A stretch of DNA of 39,045 nucleotides, from IMG/VR virus record IMGVR_UViG_3300027842_000001, positions 1 to 39,045 of that record; one strand, given 5' to 3'. Shown in pieces: positions 8,160 to 17,751 of this stretch. Position 1 is the first letter of the stretch, and every line of letters begins with the position of its first letter. Position numbers and translations under genes: made by a program. The notes beneath the pieces were generated by a model that worked only from the letters and a program-made list of their open reading frames with translations, searched no databases and was not told where the DNA came from. This stretch comes from a virus.

Positions 8160-8537
8160 TCACCGCCCCGCCGCGGCCTCGTCGGCAGCTGCCACGATCT
8201 CGCGCGCCGCGTCGATCGCTTTGCGCTGCGCCGCGTGCAGCTCGGCGCCGACCTGGCCGACGTTGATAACCGGCGCGGTCCCGTTCAGAAACAGCCGCAG
8301 CGCCTCGATGGATTCGAACTCGGCCGCCATCTCGGCCTGGCGTTCGTCGCTCGCGCGGAGCGTTTCGAAGTGGAACGCGCCGACAATGGCGCGCAGCTCG
8401 AGCCCGTCGGGATGCTCCCACAGCTCGCACACCTTGCGGCCCTTGCCAACCAGCTCGCCGCCGACGCGCAGCTCGTAGGCACCCGCCCCGAGGCCTTCGG
8501 ACAGGTCCCACAGCTCGGCCAGTTTCCGCCCGCTCAT
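8160..8537 (-). CDS. Hypothetical protein (125 aa)
   Basis: ATG 8537 overlaps the upstream TGA (ATGA); protein-like from MSGRKLAELWDL... Confidence 0.65.
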   Translation of the reverse strand: MSGRKLAELWDLSEGLGAGAYELRVGGELVGKGRKVCELWEHPDGLELRAIVGAFHFETLRASDERQAEMAAEFESIEALRLFLNGTAPVINVGQVGAELHAAQRKAIDAAREIVAAADEAAAGR

Positions 8538-8875
8538 GGGCGCCGATTCGTCGGCAGCACGATCAGCCCCGACGGGCTCAGCCGCTCGCCGTCGGCCAGG
8601 TCGTAGGCCGACTGCCAGCTTTGCGCCATCACTCGAGACAGCGCGGGCGTCGTCGCCAGGTGCTCGCCGATCGCGCGAGCGAACTCGATCGCGATACGCA
8701 GGGTCGGATGGTTCGGCGCCTCCGGGTGCCGCGCCGCGAGCTGCACCGCGCACACCAGGCACCACCAGCTCAGCGGCGTGGCTTCGATCGGGTATTCGGT
8801 GTGGTCCGCACTCAGCAGCGCGAACTCGTTGCGGAAGGCGACCTCGAGCTCGAGCTCGCTTTTGGGCGTCTCCAT
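8534..8875 (-). CDS. Hypothetical protein (113 aa)
   Basis: ATG 8875 overlaps the upstream TGA by 1 nt; protein-like from METPKSELELEV... Confidence 0.65.
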   Translation of the reverse strand: METPKSELELEVAFRNEFALLSADHTEYPIEATPLSWWCLVCAVQLAARHPEAPNHPTLRIAIEFARAIGEHLATTPALSRVMAQSWQSAYDLADGERLSPSGLIVLPTNRRP

Positions 8876-9963
8876 CAGTGCATCTCTGCTCCTTTCAGCC
8901 GCAGATCTCGGCCGGTGACGGTGAACACAAACGGCGTCGCGGCGCCGACGATGCGCGAGAGCAGCCGCTCGCCACGGAAGCCGAGCACGGCCTCGACCTG
9001 GGCGGGCCGAAAATTGGTGCACACGATCGTGCGCTTGCGCTCCGCCTCGCGGTGGTAAATGACCTGAAACAGCCGCTCGGCGGCCCAATCGGTCGAGATT
9101 TGCGCGCCGAGCTCGTCGAGAATCACCAGCTCGGCGTCGTACAGGCTGGCCAGCACGTCGGTTTCGCGCACCGCGTCGCGACTCTTTTCGGCCGGGTCGA
9201 AGGTCGCGCGCAGCTCGTCGATCAGATCGCCCGCGGTGACGTAGAGCCAGTGCTGATTCGTTTCGCGCGCCGCGGCGATCGCGAGGCCGCTCTTGCCGAC
9301 GCCCGGCGCGCCCGTCAGCACCAGCCAGCGCGACCGGGCGGGTATCCACGCCCGCACCAGCTCGAGCGCCTCGCGCTGGCCAGGCTCCAGGTCGAGCAGC
9401 TCGTAGCTGTCGAGGCTCACATTGCGCAAATCGACGGGCACGTGGCGCCACAGTCGGCCGCGCTGCGCATCCGCGGCCCGCTCGAGCGCCGCGGCGACCA
9501 GCGGCGCATGTTCGGCCTCGAGCTCGCGGCCGATCGGGCAGGCGCAGTACTCGGCCATCGGGTAGACGCGGCCTCCCTCCGCGTCGAGGACCTCGACGAA
9601 GCCGAGCCCCGCTCGATACACCGCCTCGCGTGCACCGCGCCCGCCAAGTCCGAGGCACCAGCAGCCGAACGCGGCGACCAGCACGTCGCGGCGGCGTCCC
9701 TCGCGGGCCAGCTTGAGCGCCCGCTGCACGTCGTCGTCGGCCTTGCGGATCGGCCGCGCGGCGTCGACCAGGTCGACGTCGGCGAGCGCTTCGCACGCTT
9801 CGGCGCGACGCATCAGCGCCCACCCGAGTCTCGAGCGCGCCAGGTCCAGCGAGGCCTCGAGCGCCACCGTCGGGGGCAGCTCGACCAGGTACTCGAGCGG
9901 CTCGCCGCGGAGCTGGCGGCGCTGGTTTACGACGCGCTCGAGGACACCGCCGAGGCGCTCCAT
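8875..9963 (-). CDS. DnaC/IstB-like AAA+ ATPase (putative helicase loader)
   Basis: Walker A LVLTGAPGVGKSGLA, Walker B LVILDELG, sensor-like TIVCTN; ATG 9963. Confidence 0.85.
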   Translation of the reverse strand: MERLGGVLERVVNQRRQLRGEPLEYLVELPPTVALEASLDLARSRLGWALMRRAEACEALADVDLVDAARPIRKADDDVQRALKLAREGRRRDVLVAAFGCWCLGLGGRGAREAVYRAGLGFVEVLDAEGGRVYPMAEYCACPIGRELEAEHAPLVAAALERAADAQRGRLWRHVPVDLRNVSLDSYELLDLEPGQREALELVRAWIPARSRWLVLTGAPGVGKSGLAIAAARETNQHWLYVTAGDLIDELRATFDPAEKSRDAVRETDVLASLYDAELVILDELGAQISTDWAAERLFQVIYHREAERKRTIVCTNFRPAQVEAVLGFRGERLLSRIVGAATPFVFTVTGRDLRLKGAEMH

Positions 9964-9964
9964 G

Positions 9965-10755
<791 letters not shown>

Positions 10756-10759
<4 letters not shown>

Positions 10760-12189
10760 ACCTGCACCCCCTCGAGGCGAGCGAGCGCCGCCGCGGCGCG
10801 GCGCTCCGCGTCATGCACGTAGGTTTGCGACTGGTCGGCCCCGTAGAAACGACGCCCGAGCTCGATCGCACTCTCGGCGCTGGTGCCGCTGCCGACGAAC
10901 GGATTGACCACCAGGTCGCCGGGCCACGTGTAGAGCTCGACCAGGTTGTCGGGCACGCCCCGCGGCCACGGGCACGGGTGCCGCGAACGGTCGACGTTGT
11001 TCGGGATAAACCAGGCGTTGCGCGTCAGCGCTTTGAACCGCTCACCGTCGATCGACTCGCTATTGCCGTATCGACTGTGCTGGCGCTGGTGGCTCGACTT
11101 GGAGGCGACAAAGATCGGCTCCGCCACCGCGCGAGCAACAGGATTCGCGGGCGAGCCATACGTGCCCCACGCCGTCGACGTGGTGATGGTGTTGGCCGGG
11201 TCGAGTTTGTTTGATTGGCTATTAGCGTCCGCTTCGCCGCTGGTCTTTATCCACGTGAAGCGTTCCCGCGGCAAAAAGCCGATGCGCGACCAGGTGGTCC
11301 ATATGAGACGGTCGATCATCACCGCCCACCCGTCGCCGCCCATCCCGGCGTGCTGGCGTTTGCCGATCCCCTCGAGGCGATAGGGGCGGTGGTGTCGCGC
11401 GCCGTCGCCGTCGCCGCGGCGCCGATCGCCGGCATCGGAGCGCAGCACGTTTGCCAGGTTCACCGCGAAACGGCCGCCTGGCATCAGCACGCGGTAGACC
11501 TCGCGGAAGTGGGGCACGATCAGCTCGTGCCAGTACTCGCGCCAGCTCAGACAGTCGGCCGTCGGATCGTCGTCGTAGGCGACGCCCGCGTTGTAGGGCG
11601 GCGATTCGAGCACCAGCGCCGGGTGTGGACAGGTGGCGTCGTCGCACGGCGCCCCGTGGCGCCGCTCCAGGTGGCCGATGCCATCCTCGAATACCAGCGT
11701 GCGGCAGTCGCGGACCTCGATGCGGCACTCCGCGGGCAGGCCGCCGATCCCGCCTATGTCCGGCACGATTGCCGGACGCCGCGGCGTGCCGGACCGCTGG
11801 AGCTCGCGAATAAGCTCGCGCAGCTCGCGCACGCTCAGGTTGCGCGCCGCCGCCAGGTCGGCCATGTGGCGCCGATCGGCCGCGCCGAGGCGTGCCAGCT
11901 CGACCAGGTGCGACGTGCCGAGCGTTTGGGTCGAGAAACCGTCCAGATCGTCGGCCACCGTCGCCGCGGCCAGCGCGTTATAGACCGAACGCCGCGAGAG
12001 CTCGGGAAAGCGCTCGGCCAGATACGCGCCGAAACTGGCGTACCCCGCCTCGCGATAGACCTCGAGATCTCGAATTTCGACCAGCGCCCGCCCGACGCTC
12101 AAAAAGGCATCCTGACCCGCGCGCACCACCGCCTCGAGCTCGTCGAGGCGCGACGGCGGAGAAACTACAGCTAGTGCCCGCATCACCAC
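10756..12189 (-). CDS. DNA methyltransferase (N4-C/N6-A, beta-class motif order) with N-terminal DNA-binding-like extension
   Basis: LVLESPPYNAG (motif IV, SPPY) precedes NPFVGSGTSAESA (motif I, FxGxG). ATGA overlap with the downstream gene. Start is GTG 12189/12186 or ATG 12183. Confidence 0.9.
11221..11237 (+). repeat. AT-rich 17-mer TTTGATTGGCTATTAGC
   Basis: Read directly; inside the methyltransferase gene. Confidence 0.85.
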
Positions 12190-12332
12190 CTTGCGATCAA
12201 GTGAACGACCGCCGCCAGCACCACACCGCCAGCGAAAAATACGGCCAGGACCAGCGCCGCCGGCGGGTGCCAGCGGCGATCGACGAATATCCGACGGCCC
12301 GATGCCAGATACGCGGCCTCCTGTTTGCGCAT
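12183..12332 (-). CDS. Small membrane protein (49 aa, below the track cutoff)
   Basis: Hand translation: MRKQEAAYLASGRRIFVDRRWHPPAALVLAVFFAGGVVLAAVVHLIARW. ATG directly follows the upstream TAG; its TGA overlaps ATG 12183. Confidence 0.45.
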   Translation of the reverse strand: MRKQEAAYLASGRRIFVDRRWHPPAALVLAVFFAGGVVLAAVVHLIARW

Positions 12333-12551
12333 CTACTCGGCCGCCTCGTTTGATTGGCTAATAGCCGCCTCGAGCGACGGCTGGAATTGGAGCGCGGGTT
12401 GCAGCGCGCCGCGGTGCTGGACGGTGGCCACGCCGCGCCGAGCTCGGCCGCGGTGTCGGTGACAGCCGCAGCAGATCCCATCGGGCGAGGCACCCTTGCA
12501 GCGGCAGCTCGCGCCACAGATACGGCACACGATCGCGCGGCCAGTGCTCAT
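12333..12551 (-). CDS. Cys-rich mini-protein (72 aa)
   Basis: ATG 12551 overlaps the upstream TGA; CRICGASCRCKG...CCGCH. Confidence 0.55.
   Translation of the reverse strand: MSTGRAIVCRICGASCRCKGASPDGICCGCHRHRGRARRGVATVQHRGALQPALQFQPSLEAAISQSNEAAE
12349..12365 (+). repeat. AT-rich 17-mer TTTGATTGGCTAATAGC
   Basis: Read directly; at the 3-prime end of gene 12333-12551. Confidence 0.85.
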
Positions 12552-12829
12552 AGGCTGGCCTCGAGCGGAGCCAGCTCGGGCGGCGTCGATGTAGTTCTTA
12601 CATCGGCGTTGCGCTCGTTCCAGACCACGAGCGCCTCGACGAACTCGACCAGCTCGGCCCATCCCTCGAGCGCGGCCTGGTCGCTATCCGCGGTCGGTCC
12701 CGCGGCGCCGCAGTCGGCGCAGCTCACGAACCGGCGGCTTACACGCAGGTCACACTCAAGCCGGGTTTTCGCGTGGGGGCATTCCCCGAGGGGGCCTACG
12801 TCGTAGAATGCGCGTGCGGATTGGTTCAC
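12548..12829 (-). CDS. Hypothetical protein (93 aa), first gene of the early chain
   Basis: GTG 12829 preceded by GGAGG at 7-nt spacing; balanced composition. Confidence 0.65.
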   Translation of the reverse strand: MNQSARAFYDVGPLGECPHAKTRLECDLRVSRRFVSCADCGAAGPTADSDQAALEGWAELVEFVEALVVWNERNADVRTTSTPPELAPLEASL

Positions 12830-12845
12830 GTAAGGACCTCCGAAG

Positions 12846-12884
12846 CCCGCCGCGTCGCTCCAAAAACAGCGCGGCGGGTTTTTT
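12846..12884 (+). terminator. GC-rich hairpin followed by T6 (intrinsic-terminator shape in plus orientation)
   Basis: CCCGCCGCG (12846-54) pairs with CGCGGCGGG (12870-78), then TTTTTT 12879-84; an A-run lies on the other side. Confidence 0.4.
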
Positions 12885-12919
12885 CTATGGAGCGCTCGCG
12901 CGCCCCGCTGTCGAACAAC

Positions 12920-13123
12920 TCAGGCGGTGACGGCGGCGGTAGCCCTCCCGTTGTTGGGCGCCGGCTGGCTCGCCGCTCGTCTCTCGAGCCAGTCGCGCAT
13001 GATCTCGTCCCAAACCTCGTGCATCGGCACGTGGCGCCGTGTCGCTTCGAGGCGCAACTCGAGCCAGAGCTCCGGGTCCGCCCCGTTGATACGTCCGCTG
13101 GTCAACTCGCGCGCTCGTGACAT
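12920..13123 (-). CDS. Ribbon-helix-helix-like small protein (67 aa)
   Basis: ATG 13123; ELWLELRLEATRRHVPMHEVWDEIMRDWLERR resembles strand-helix-helix of CopG/Arc type. Confidence 0.5.
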   Translation of the reverse strand: MSRARELTSGRINGADPELWLELRLEATRRHVPMHEVWDEIMRDWLERRAASQPAPNNGRATAAVTA

Positions 13124-13183
13124 ACGGGCCAGCGTAGCCCGCGATGGAACGCATGTACTGGCTTCCGGCGTCACGGGCATGTC

Positions 13184-13726
13184 TCACGGCAGCAGATCCA
13201 GCGCCCACAACAGCGCGAGCCCGCCACCGACCAGCGCCCACACTGGCGGCGATGCGACCCCTGCGCCGCCGCCAGTGTCGGCCGTCAGCGTTTGGCCGCT
13301 ATTGCCGTCCCCCGCGTCAATGACCGCCGGGTTTTCCGCCAGCAGCGCGGCGTCGACGCGCCGGAACTCGTGCGGTAAGTCCAGCATCGGATGGACGCTC
13401 ACGCCCGTGGGGTACTTCGAGTCGATGGTGAGCGAATCACTGCCGAGCCAGATCGCCATGTGCGGGAACTCGACGCCTGGCTGCGCCGGGTCGCGGTAGC
13501 GGTAGAACACCAGGTCGCCGGCGACCGGGTTGTCGATCGCCACGGTTTGCGCGTACATCGCGTCGGTGAACGCCACCAGGCCGGGCACGCCGTTCTGTGC
13601 GTAGTCCCACGCGACGAAGCTCGAGCAGTCGAAACCAGGATCTCCGAAGCGCCCGCCGCCGACGTCGGAAAGTGGCCCGGAGTACGGCTTGCCAATCTGA
13701 GCGCGAGCCGTGTCGATCAGCCCCAC
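13184..13726 (-). CDS. NlpC/P60 cell-wall peptidase with C-terminal membrane anchor
   Basis: AQIGKPYS, GFDCSSFVAWDY (catalytic Cys), GDLVFY, HMAIWLG (His); C-terminal VWALVGGGLALLWALDLL. Confidence 0.85.
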   Translation of the reverse strand: MGLIDTARAQIGKPYSGPLSDVGGGRFGDPGFDCSSFVAWDYAQNGVPGLVAFTDAMYAQTVAIDNPVAGDLVFYRYRDPAQPGVEFPHMAIWLGSDSLTIDSKYPTGVSVHPMLDLPHEFRRVDAALLAENPAVIDAGDGNSGQTLTADTGGGAGVASPPVWALVGGGLALLWALDLLP

Positions 13727-13836
13727 GCGCGGACCTCGAGCAGCAGCGCCGCGGCCAGCAACAGCCACAGCACCACGCTTAGCGCCGTCCCGAACAGCAC
13801 GCCGCGCCAGAAACGCGCGCCAAGCCGAGGCCTCAC
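13717..13836 (-). CDS. Tiny membrane protein (39 aa)
   Basis: GTG 13836 overlaps the upstream TGA; LFGTALSVVLWLLLAAALLL. Confidence 0.45.
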   Translation of the reverse strand: MRPRLGARFWRGVLFGTALSVVLWLLLAAALLLEVRAWG

Positions 13837-13937
13837 GGCAGCGGGTCGCTCCGATCGTTGGCCAGGCGCCACAGCGCGACCAGGAGCAGCACCACCAGGA
13901 CCACGACCACCGCGTAGACCAGCGCCTCCCAGTTCAT
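13833..13937 (-). CDS. Tiny membrane protein (34 aa)
   Basis: ATG 13937 overlaps the upstream TGA; ALVYAVVVVLVVLLLVALW. Confidence 0.5.
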   Translation of the reverse strand: MNWEALVYAVVVVLVVLLLVALWRLANDRSDPLP

Positions 13938-14197
13938 ACACGCGCCACCGCACAGCCGGGGCAGCGCCCGTCGACGAGCTCGAGCGCGATCGGATGCGAC
14001 GGGCCAGCCAGCGCGCCGCAGGCCTGGCAATACGGGTGCTCCGCCACGCGCAGCCCGTCACGCTGACACACGCGCTCGAGGCGCCGGCGTTCCTGGTGCG
14101 GTCGGTACAGGCGTTGCCGATCGGCAGGCGCCACGACGCGCGGCAAGCCGAGCAGCGGCAGCTCGTCGAAGGCAGGCACCGGCACGCGGCTACTCAC
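13934..14197 (-). CDS. Zinc-binding small protein (87 aa)
   Basis: GTG 14197 overlaps the end of the XRE gene; CQACG...CPGC. Confidence 0.55.
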   Translation of the reverse strand: MSSRVPVPAFDELPLLGLPRVVAPADRQRLYRPHQERRRLERVCQRDGLRVAEHPYCQACGALAGPSHPIALELVDGRCPGCAVARV

Positions 14198-14480
14198 TCG
14201 TGCCACCCGCGGCAGCTTTGAACTCTTGAAGCAGCGCGGCCTCGAGACTGGCCGCGACCTCGGGGACCAGCAGCACGCGGCGCAGCGTTGCCACAGCAAG
14301 AGGCGAGGGCCGATACACGCCGCGCTCCCAACGCGCCACCGTTTCGAAACGGACGTGCATAGCCCGGGCAAGGTCCGATTGGGACCAGCCCAAAGCTCTA
14401 CGAATGCGTCGTATTTGGTCACCCGAGACACCCGCCGGGGGCCGAGACTCGGCAGACGCCGGGGCGTGGTTGCCCTGCAC
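14190..14480 (-). CDS. XRE-family helix-turn-helix regulator (candidate repressor)
   Basis: IRRIRRALGWSQSDLARAMHVRFETVARWERG is a canonical HTH_XRE pattern; divergent from the plus-strand gene at 14494. Confidence 0.8.
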   Translation of the reverse strand: MQGNHAPASAESRPPAGVSGDQIRRIRRALGWSQSDLARAMHVRFETVARWERGVYRPSPLAVATLRRVLLVPEVAASLEAALLQEFKAAAGGTSE

Positions 14481-14493
14481 GTCTCGAGTCCGG

Positions 14494-15492
14494 ATGCTAG
14501 GCGCCGTGCGCTGGCCTTTTCAACGTCGCGGCGCCGGAAACTCGCGTCACGATCTCACGATTGAGGAATTGCGCCGCGAGAAAAGCCGCGTTGAGCTGAC
14601 CGACCTACGCCTGGCCGTGCGCGAGCGGCAACTCAAGATCGACGCGATACAGCGCGTCGTCGAGGGCGAATCGGATCCGGTCACCGCGCTTGAAGTGGTC
14701 ACCATCGCCACGCACCGCGGGCGCATGTCGCCGGCGCTCTACACGCGCCGTAAGCCCGAACAGTCGCCGCTCGAGTCGCTGGCAATGTCCATGCTGCAAA
14801 AGCGCCTCGACGAAGATCCGACCGACGCGCTCGAGCGCATTCTCGAACGTCGCGAGCGCCTCGAGGAAGCCGCCGACCGGCTGACGGGCCGCGGTGGTGA
14901 CACCTTCCACGAGACAGGCAACACGCTCGTCGACGTCGCGCGCACGCTCGCCAATTCGCCACTCGGCGAGGCCGTCGGCCAGGTGCTCGGCGTCGGCATG
15001 CAGCAGCGCATGGCGGAGGCAGCAGCGGCAGCGGGTCAGACGACGGCGGCCACCGTCGCACAGCGGCCCACCGCTGCGCCAGCGGGCGAGCTCGGCGCGG
15101 GGACCACCACACCCCCGCCTACGGCGCCGCCGGTCGCTGCATCGGCCAGCGGGCCGCGACCGAGCTCGTTCCGTGTCGGCATGGCGCTGCGCGTGCTCAA
15201 GTCACTAGATGCCGCCGATCGGGCGCGCTGGATTCTGGCGCAAGCCGACCAGCATCCCGAATTAGGCGACCTGGTCGGGCCGTTCCTGTCCGCGGAGCCG
15301 GCCGCCGTGCCGCTCATTCTCGAGGCGTTTTTGACCGAAGCCGCGGGCGGCTCCGATCCCGCGGTGCTCGAATGGGTGCCGCTGGTCGAGTACTTCCGCG
15401 ACAACCTCGAATGGACGCTCGAGACACATCGCGAAATGCGGGCGCTAACGCTCGAGGACGACGAGCTCGACGAGGCGAGCCAGGTCGGCTAG
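14494..15492 (+). CDS. Hypothetical protein (332 aa) with Ala/Pro-rich linker
   Basis: Long track ORF; ATG 14494 chosen because upstream codons overlap the XRE gene. Confidence 0.6.
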   Translation: MLGAVRWPFQRRGAGNSRHDLTIEELRREKSRVELTDLRLAVRERQLKIDAIQRVVEGESDPVTALEVVTIATHRGRMSPALYTRRKPEQSPLESLAMSMLQKRLDEDPTDALERILERRERLEEAADRLTGRGGDTFHETGNTLVDVARTLANSPLGEAVGQVLGVGMQQRMAEAAAAAGQTTAATVAQRPTAAPAGELGAGTTTPPPTAPPVAASASGPRPSSFRVGMALRVLKSLDAADRARWILAQADQHPELGDLVGPFLSAEPAAVPLILEAFLTEAAGGSDPAVLEWVPLVEYFRDNLEWTLETHREMRALTLEDDELDEASQVG

Positions 15493-15910
15493 AGGCCGAA
15501 TTGATCGGCTTTGCGGCAGATCGGCTTACACTGGCGCCGGTTCGGTAGGGGTTCAGGACAGCTCGCCGGTCGGTCCCGGAGGACGCCGCGCTAGAAGCAG
15601 TCGACCGACCAGCGACCCGTATGCCGCGCCCGCAAGTCTCCCCCCTGTTTCCCGCGGCTGCGTGTCACTCTCGCCGTGGCGTTCGGTGAAACCACGCGCC
15701 GAGCGCCGCGGGCGAGTAATTGGGGGCGTAAGGCGACGTGCGGACACTTCCCGGAGGACGAGCGAGGTAACCACCCCTCGCCGGCGCTCGTGTTGGTGAG
15801 CGAACCTCGCGCGACTGCACCCCCGGGTGCAAGGTGCCGCCGAGGGCAGGCTCCGAAACGCAAATATCCGCCGCGTCGCACCCGCTAGTCTAGGCGAACG
15901 CCGGGGGCCG

Positions 15911-16201
15911 TTACGTGTTCGTTGCGTTGAGTTTTCCGCTGATTTGTGCAGACGTCTGCACAGTCTGACGGCCGCGGCGGGTGTACTGGCGCACCGCGGA
16001 GCGGCGCCGGTCGGCCAGGTCGACCATCTGCCGCAGCGCCTCGGAGCGCGAGCTCGCGCGGTTGTGTGGGTCGGCGTGCCAGGCGTCGATTTTCGCCATC
16101 GTCGCGACGTCGAGCGTGAACGAATAGACGCGCGTCGCCGTCGCGGCCACCGTCGGGCGGCGCCCCGCTCCTGGCCGCCGCCCGCCCCGTTTGGCTTGCA
16201 T
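15911..16201 (-). CDS. Ribbon-helix-helix (CopG/Arc-like) DNA-binding protein
   Basis: RVYSFTLDVATMAKIDAW...SRSEALRQMVDLA fits beta-alpha-alpha. The 3-prime tail contains palindrome copy 15945-15962. Confidence 0.7.
   Translation of the reverse strand: MQAKRGGRRPGAGRRPTVAATATRVYSFTLDVATMAKIDAWHADPHNRASSRSEALRQMVDLADRRRSAVRQYTRRGRQTVQTSAQISGKLNATNT
15945..15962. repeat. 18-bp perfect palindrome TGTGCAGACGTCTGCACA, copy 1
   Basis: Exact; lies in the 3-prime tail of the RHH gene, read as VQTSAQ. Confidence 0.95.
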
Positions 16202-16215
16202 ATGAGCTATTCAAA
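16199..16215 (-). repeat. AT-rich 17-mer, partial (reverse complement TTTGAATAGCTCATATG)
   Basis: 11 of 11 match in the TTTGAATAGCT part; covers the RHH start codon. Confidence 0.6.
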
Positions 16216-16236
16216 CCGCGCGGGGCGTCGCGCCGC

Positions 16237-16434
16237 TCAGGATTCCGGCAGTTGTCGCGCGAGCGCCTCGAGGACGGCGATCGCCAGTGCCAGTTCGGCC
16301 AGCCGCGGCGCCCACCGCTCGCGATCGCGCGACACCAGGCCGCGGCGCTGGATCGAGGCGCGCCGCCGGCGCAGCTCGCGGACGGCGATTGCCAGCGCGT
16401 CGGGCAGCGACATCGACGACGTCGATTCGCTCAC
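16237..16434 (-). CDS. Hypothetical helical protein (65 aa)
   Basis: GTG 16434 overlaps the upstream TGA (GTGA). Confidence 0.5.
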   Translation of the reverse strand: MSESTSSMSLPDALAIAVRELRRRRASIQRRGLVSRDRERWAPRLAELALAIAVLEALARQLPES

Positions 16435-16640
16435 CGCGGCAGGCCTTCCCAACAACGCCAGTACGCATAGTCGCCGACGGCCGGATGCCAGCAACGGGTG
16501 TGCAGTTCGTCGTCGAGTGGCTCGAGGCACGAGTGGCACACGGCGCGTTGCAGGTGGTTCGGCTCGCCGTGAATGGCGCACCAGGCGCGTCGGTAGTTTT
16601 TCGGAGCGGCCGGCTCCGTCGATTCGGCAGCCTCAGACAT
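16431..16640 (-). CDS. Cys/His/Trp-rich small protein (69 aa)
   Basis: ATG 16640; WCAIHG...CHSC...CWHP...WRCW. Confidence 0.55.
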   Translation of the reverse strand: MSEAAESTEPAAPKNYRRAWCAIHGEPNHLQRAVCHSCLEPLDDELHTRCWHPAVGDYAYWRCWEGLPR

Positions 16641-16700
16641 GGCGGGAGATCCATTTCTGCGGGGAATTTCGCGCGGCCGTTGGCGCGGACCACGTGAAAC

Positions 16701-16717
16701 CATATTAGTGTTTCAAA
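16701..16717 (-). repeat. AT-rich 17-mer, degenerate (reverse complement TTTGAAACACTAATATG)
   Basis: About 11 of 17 match; in the intergenic region between the HNH gene and gene 16431-16640. Confidence 0.35.
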
Positions 16718-16733
16718 GGCATTCCGCCATCCG

Positions 16734-17249
16734 TCACATGGGGGTCTTGTGCCGGCGAAAGCGCGCTTCGGGCCAGCTCGCGTAGATGCTGCGCAGCACT
16801 GGGCCGAGCAGCCGCATCTCGTCGGCCGTAAAGGTGTTGCCTTTGACGTCGTTGCACGTCCAGCAGCACGGCGCGACGTTCCCCTCGACGTACCCCACGC
16901 CTGGCACGACCTGGTCGATGCTGCTGCGCCCCTCGATCCCGCAATAGGCGCACGGCTGGCGAACCAGCGAGACGAAGTCGGGAAGCTCGAGCTCCCAACG
17001 CTTGCCGTAGTGCCGAGCTCGCGAGCGGGCCAGCGTGAAGCGACGCCGTACCGGCGGACGGCCCGGGCTGCGCTGGTCGATCGCGAAGTACTCCGCCAGG
17101 TCGACCGCCGCGGTGTCGGCCGGCTTCCGCGGTCGCGACCGCAGCGACTCGGCGCGCCGCTGGCAGCGGCTTTTCTGGCATGTGCGCTGGCCGGGGTAGC
17201 GCGGCACCAGGTCGTTACCGCACCCCTCGCAAACGATCGTGTTCGGCAT
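16734..17249 (-). CDS. HNH-like endonuclease with N-terminal zinc ribbon
   Basis: CAYCG...IDQVVPGVGYVEGNVAPCCWTCNDVKGN fits the HNH pattern, but Gln replaces the first His. N-terminus has CEGCG...C..SRC. Confidence 0.65.
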   Translation of the reverse strand: MPNTIVCEGCGNDLVPRYPGQRTCQKSRCQRRAESLRSRPRKPADTAAVDLAEYFAIDQRSPGRPPVRRRFTLARSRARHYGKRWELELPDFVSLVRQPCAYCGIEGRSSIDQVVPGVGYVEGNVAPCCWTCNDVKGNTFTADEMRLLGPVLRSIYASWPEARFRRHKTPM

Positions 17250-17751
17250 GCCTCGCAAGGGTCGGTTGAGGCCGCGTCACAACGCCGCTTCGACCGGATT
17301 TCAAATGCGCTACAGCTCCGCGGCACCCCCTTCTCGGCCGTGACCTCCCCGAGATCAAAAACGCCAATCCTGGTGACTTTTGCCAATCGTGAAACATCTA
17401 CACTCCTGGCGGCTACGGTCCCCGGCGGGTTTGGTTCGGGAGATCCTTTCCTCGGCGTGGGCCGTCGCTTCGGTGCGGGGACCGTTGGCGCGGTGTCCGC
17501 TGCCAGGCCGTCGCGGGCGTGACCTCGCGGCGGCCCCCCTCACCCCCGGCGCTCGTCGGGTCATGTTTGATCGCGCTTGTAGCCGCGGCGCACGCTGCGC
17601 CTGTCGGGTGTGGCCGGCGGCGCCGAATAGTCGCGCGATCGAGGCCACACCTTCGGCCGAGCGGCAAACCAACCCCCCAAACGACCAAACAAGAGCGCGG
17701 CGCCGACGGCAACTCCCGCCACATCCGCACACGCCCGGAGGCCAAAAAGCC

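Noticed and set aside
12846-12884. The hairpin as terminator of the minus-strand operon ending at 12920
   Set aside because: The T-run follows the stem only in the plus orientation. On the minus strand the stem is followed by CTTCGG and then the GGAGG of the next gene. I list it only as a plus-oriented or antisense-blocking terminator of uncertain use.
15493-15910. tRNA or tmRNA in the long noncoding regions (also 17259-17751)
   Set aside because: I could not find a GTTCRANYC T-loop with matching acceptor and anticodon stems. GGTTCGGGAGATCC at about 17440 lacks the surrounding cloverleaf.
16641-16652. Shared 12-mer GGCGGGAGATCC (also 37901-37912) just upstream of two minus-strand start codons, as a regulatory element
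   Set aside because: There are only two exact copies. A similar GGGAGATCC at 31592 is in the opposite orientation relative to its gene. It may simply be Shine-Dalgarno-like sequence, so the evidence is insufficient.
16734-17249. The HNH gene as evidence for a nearby terminase (the HNH-terminase pairing of cos phages)
   Set aside because: No ORF nearby, or anywhere else, shows a terminase-like Walker A plus nuclease pattern. The HNH gene is on the opposite strand from the virion arm.
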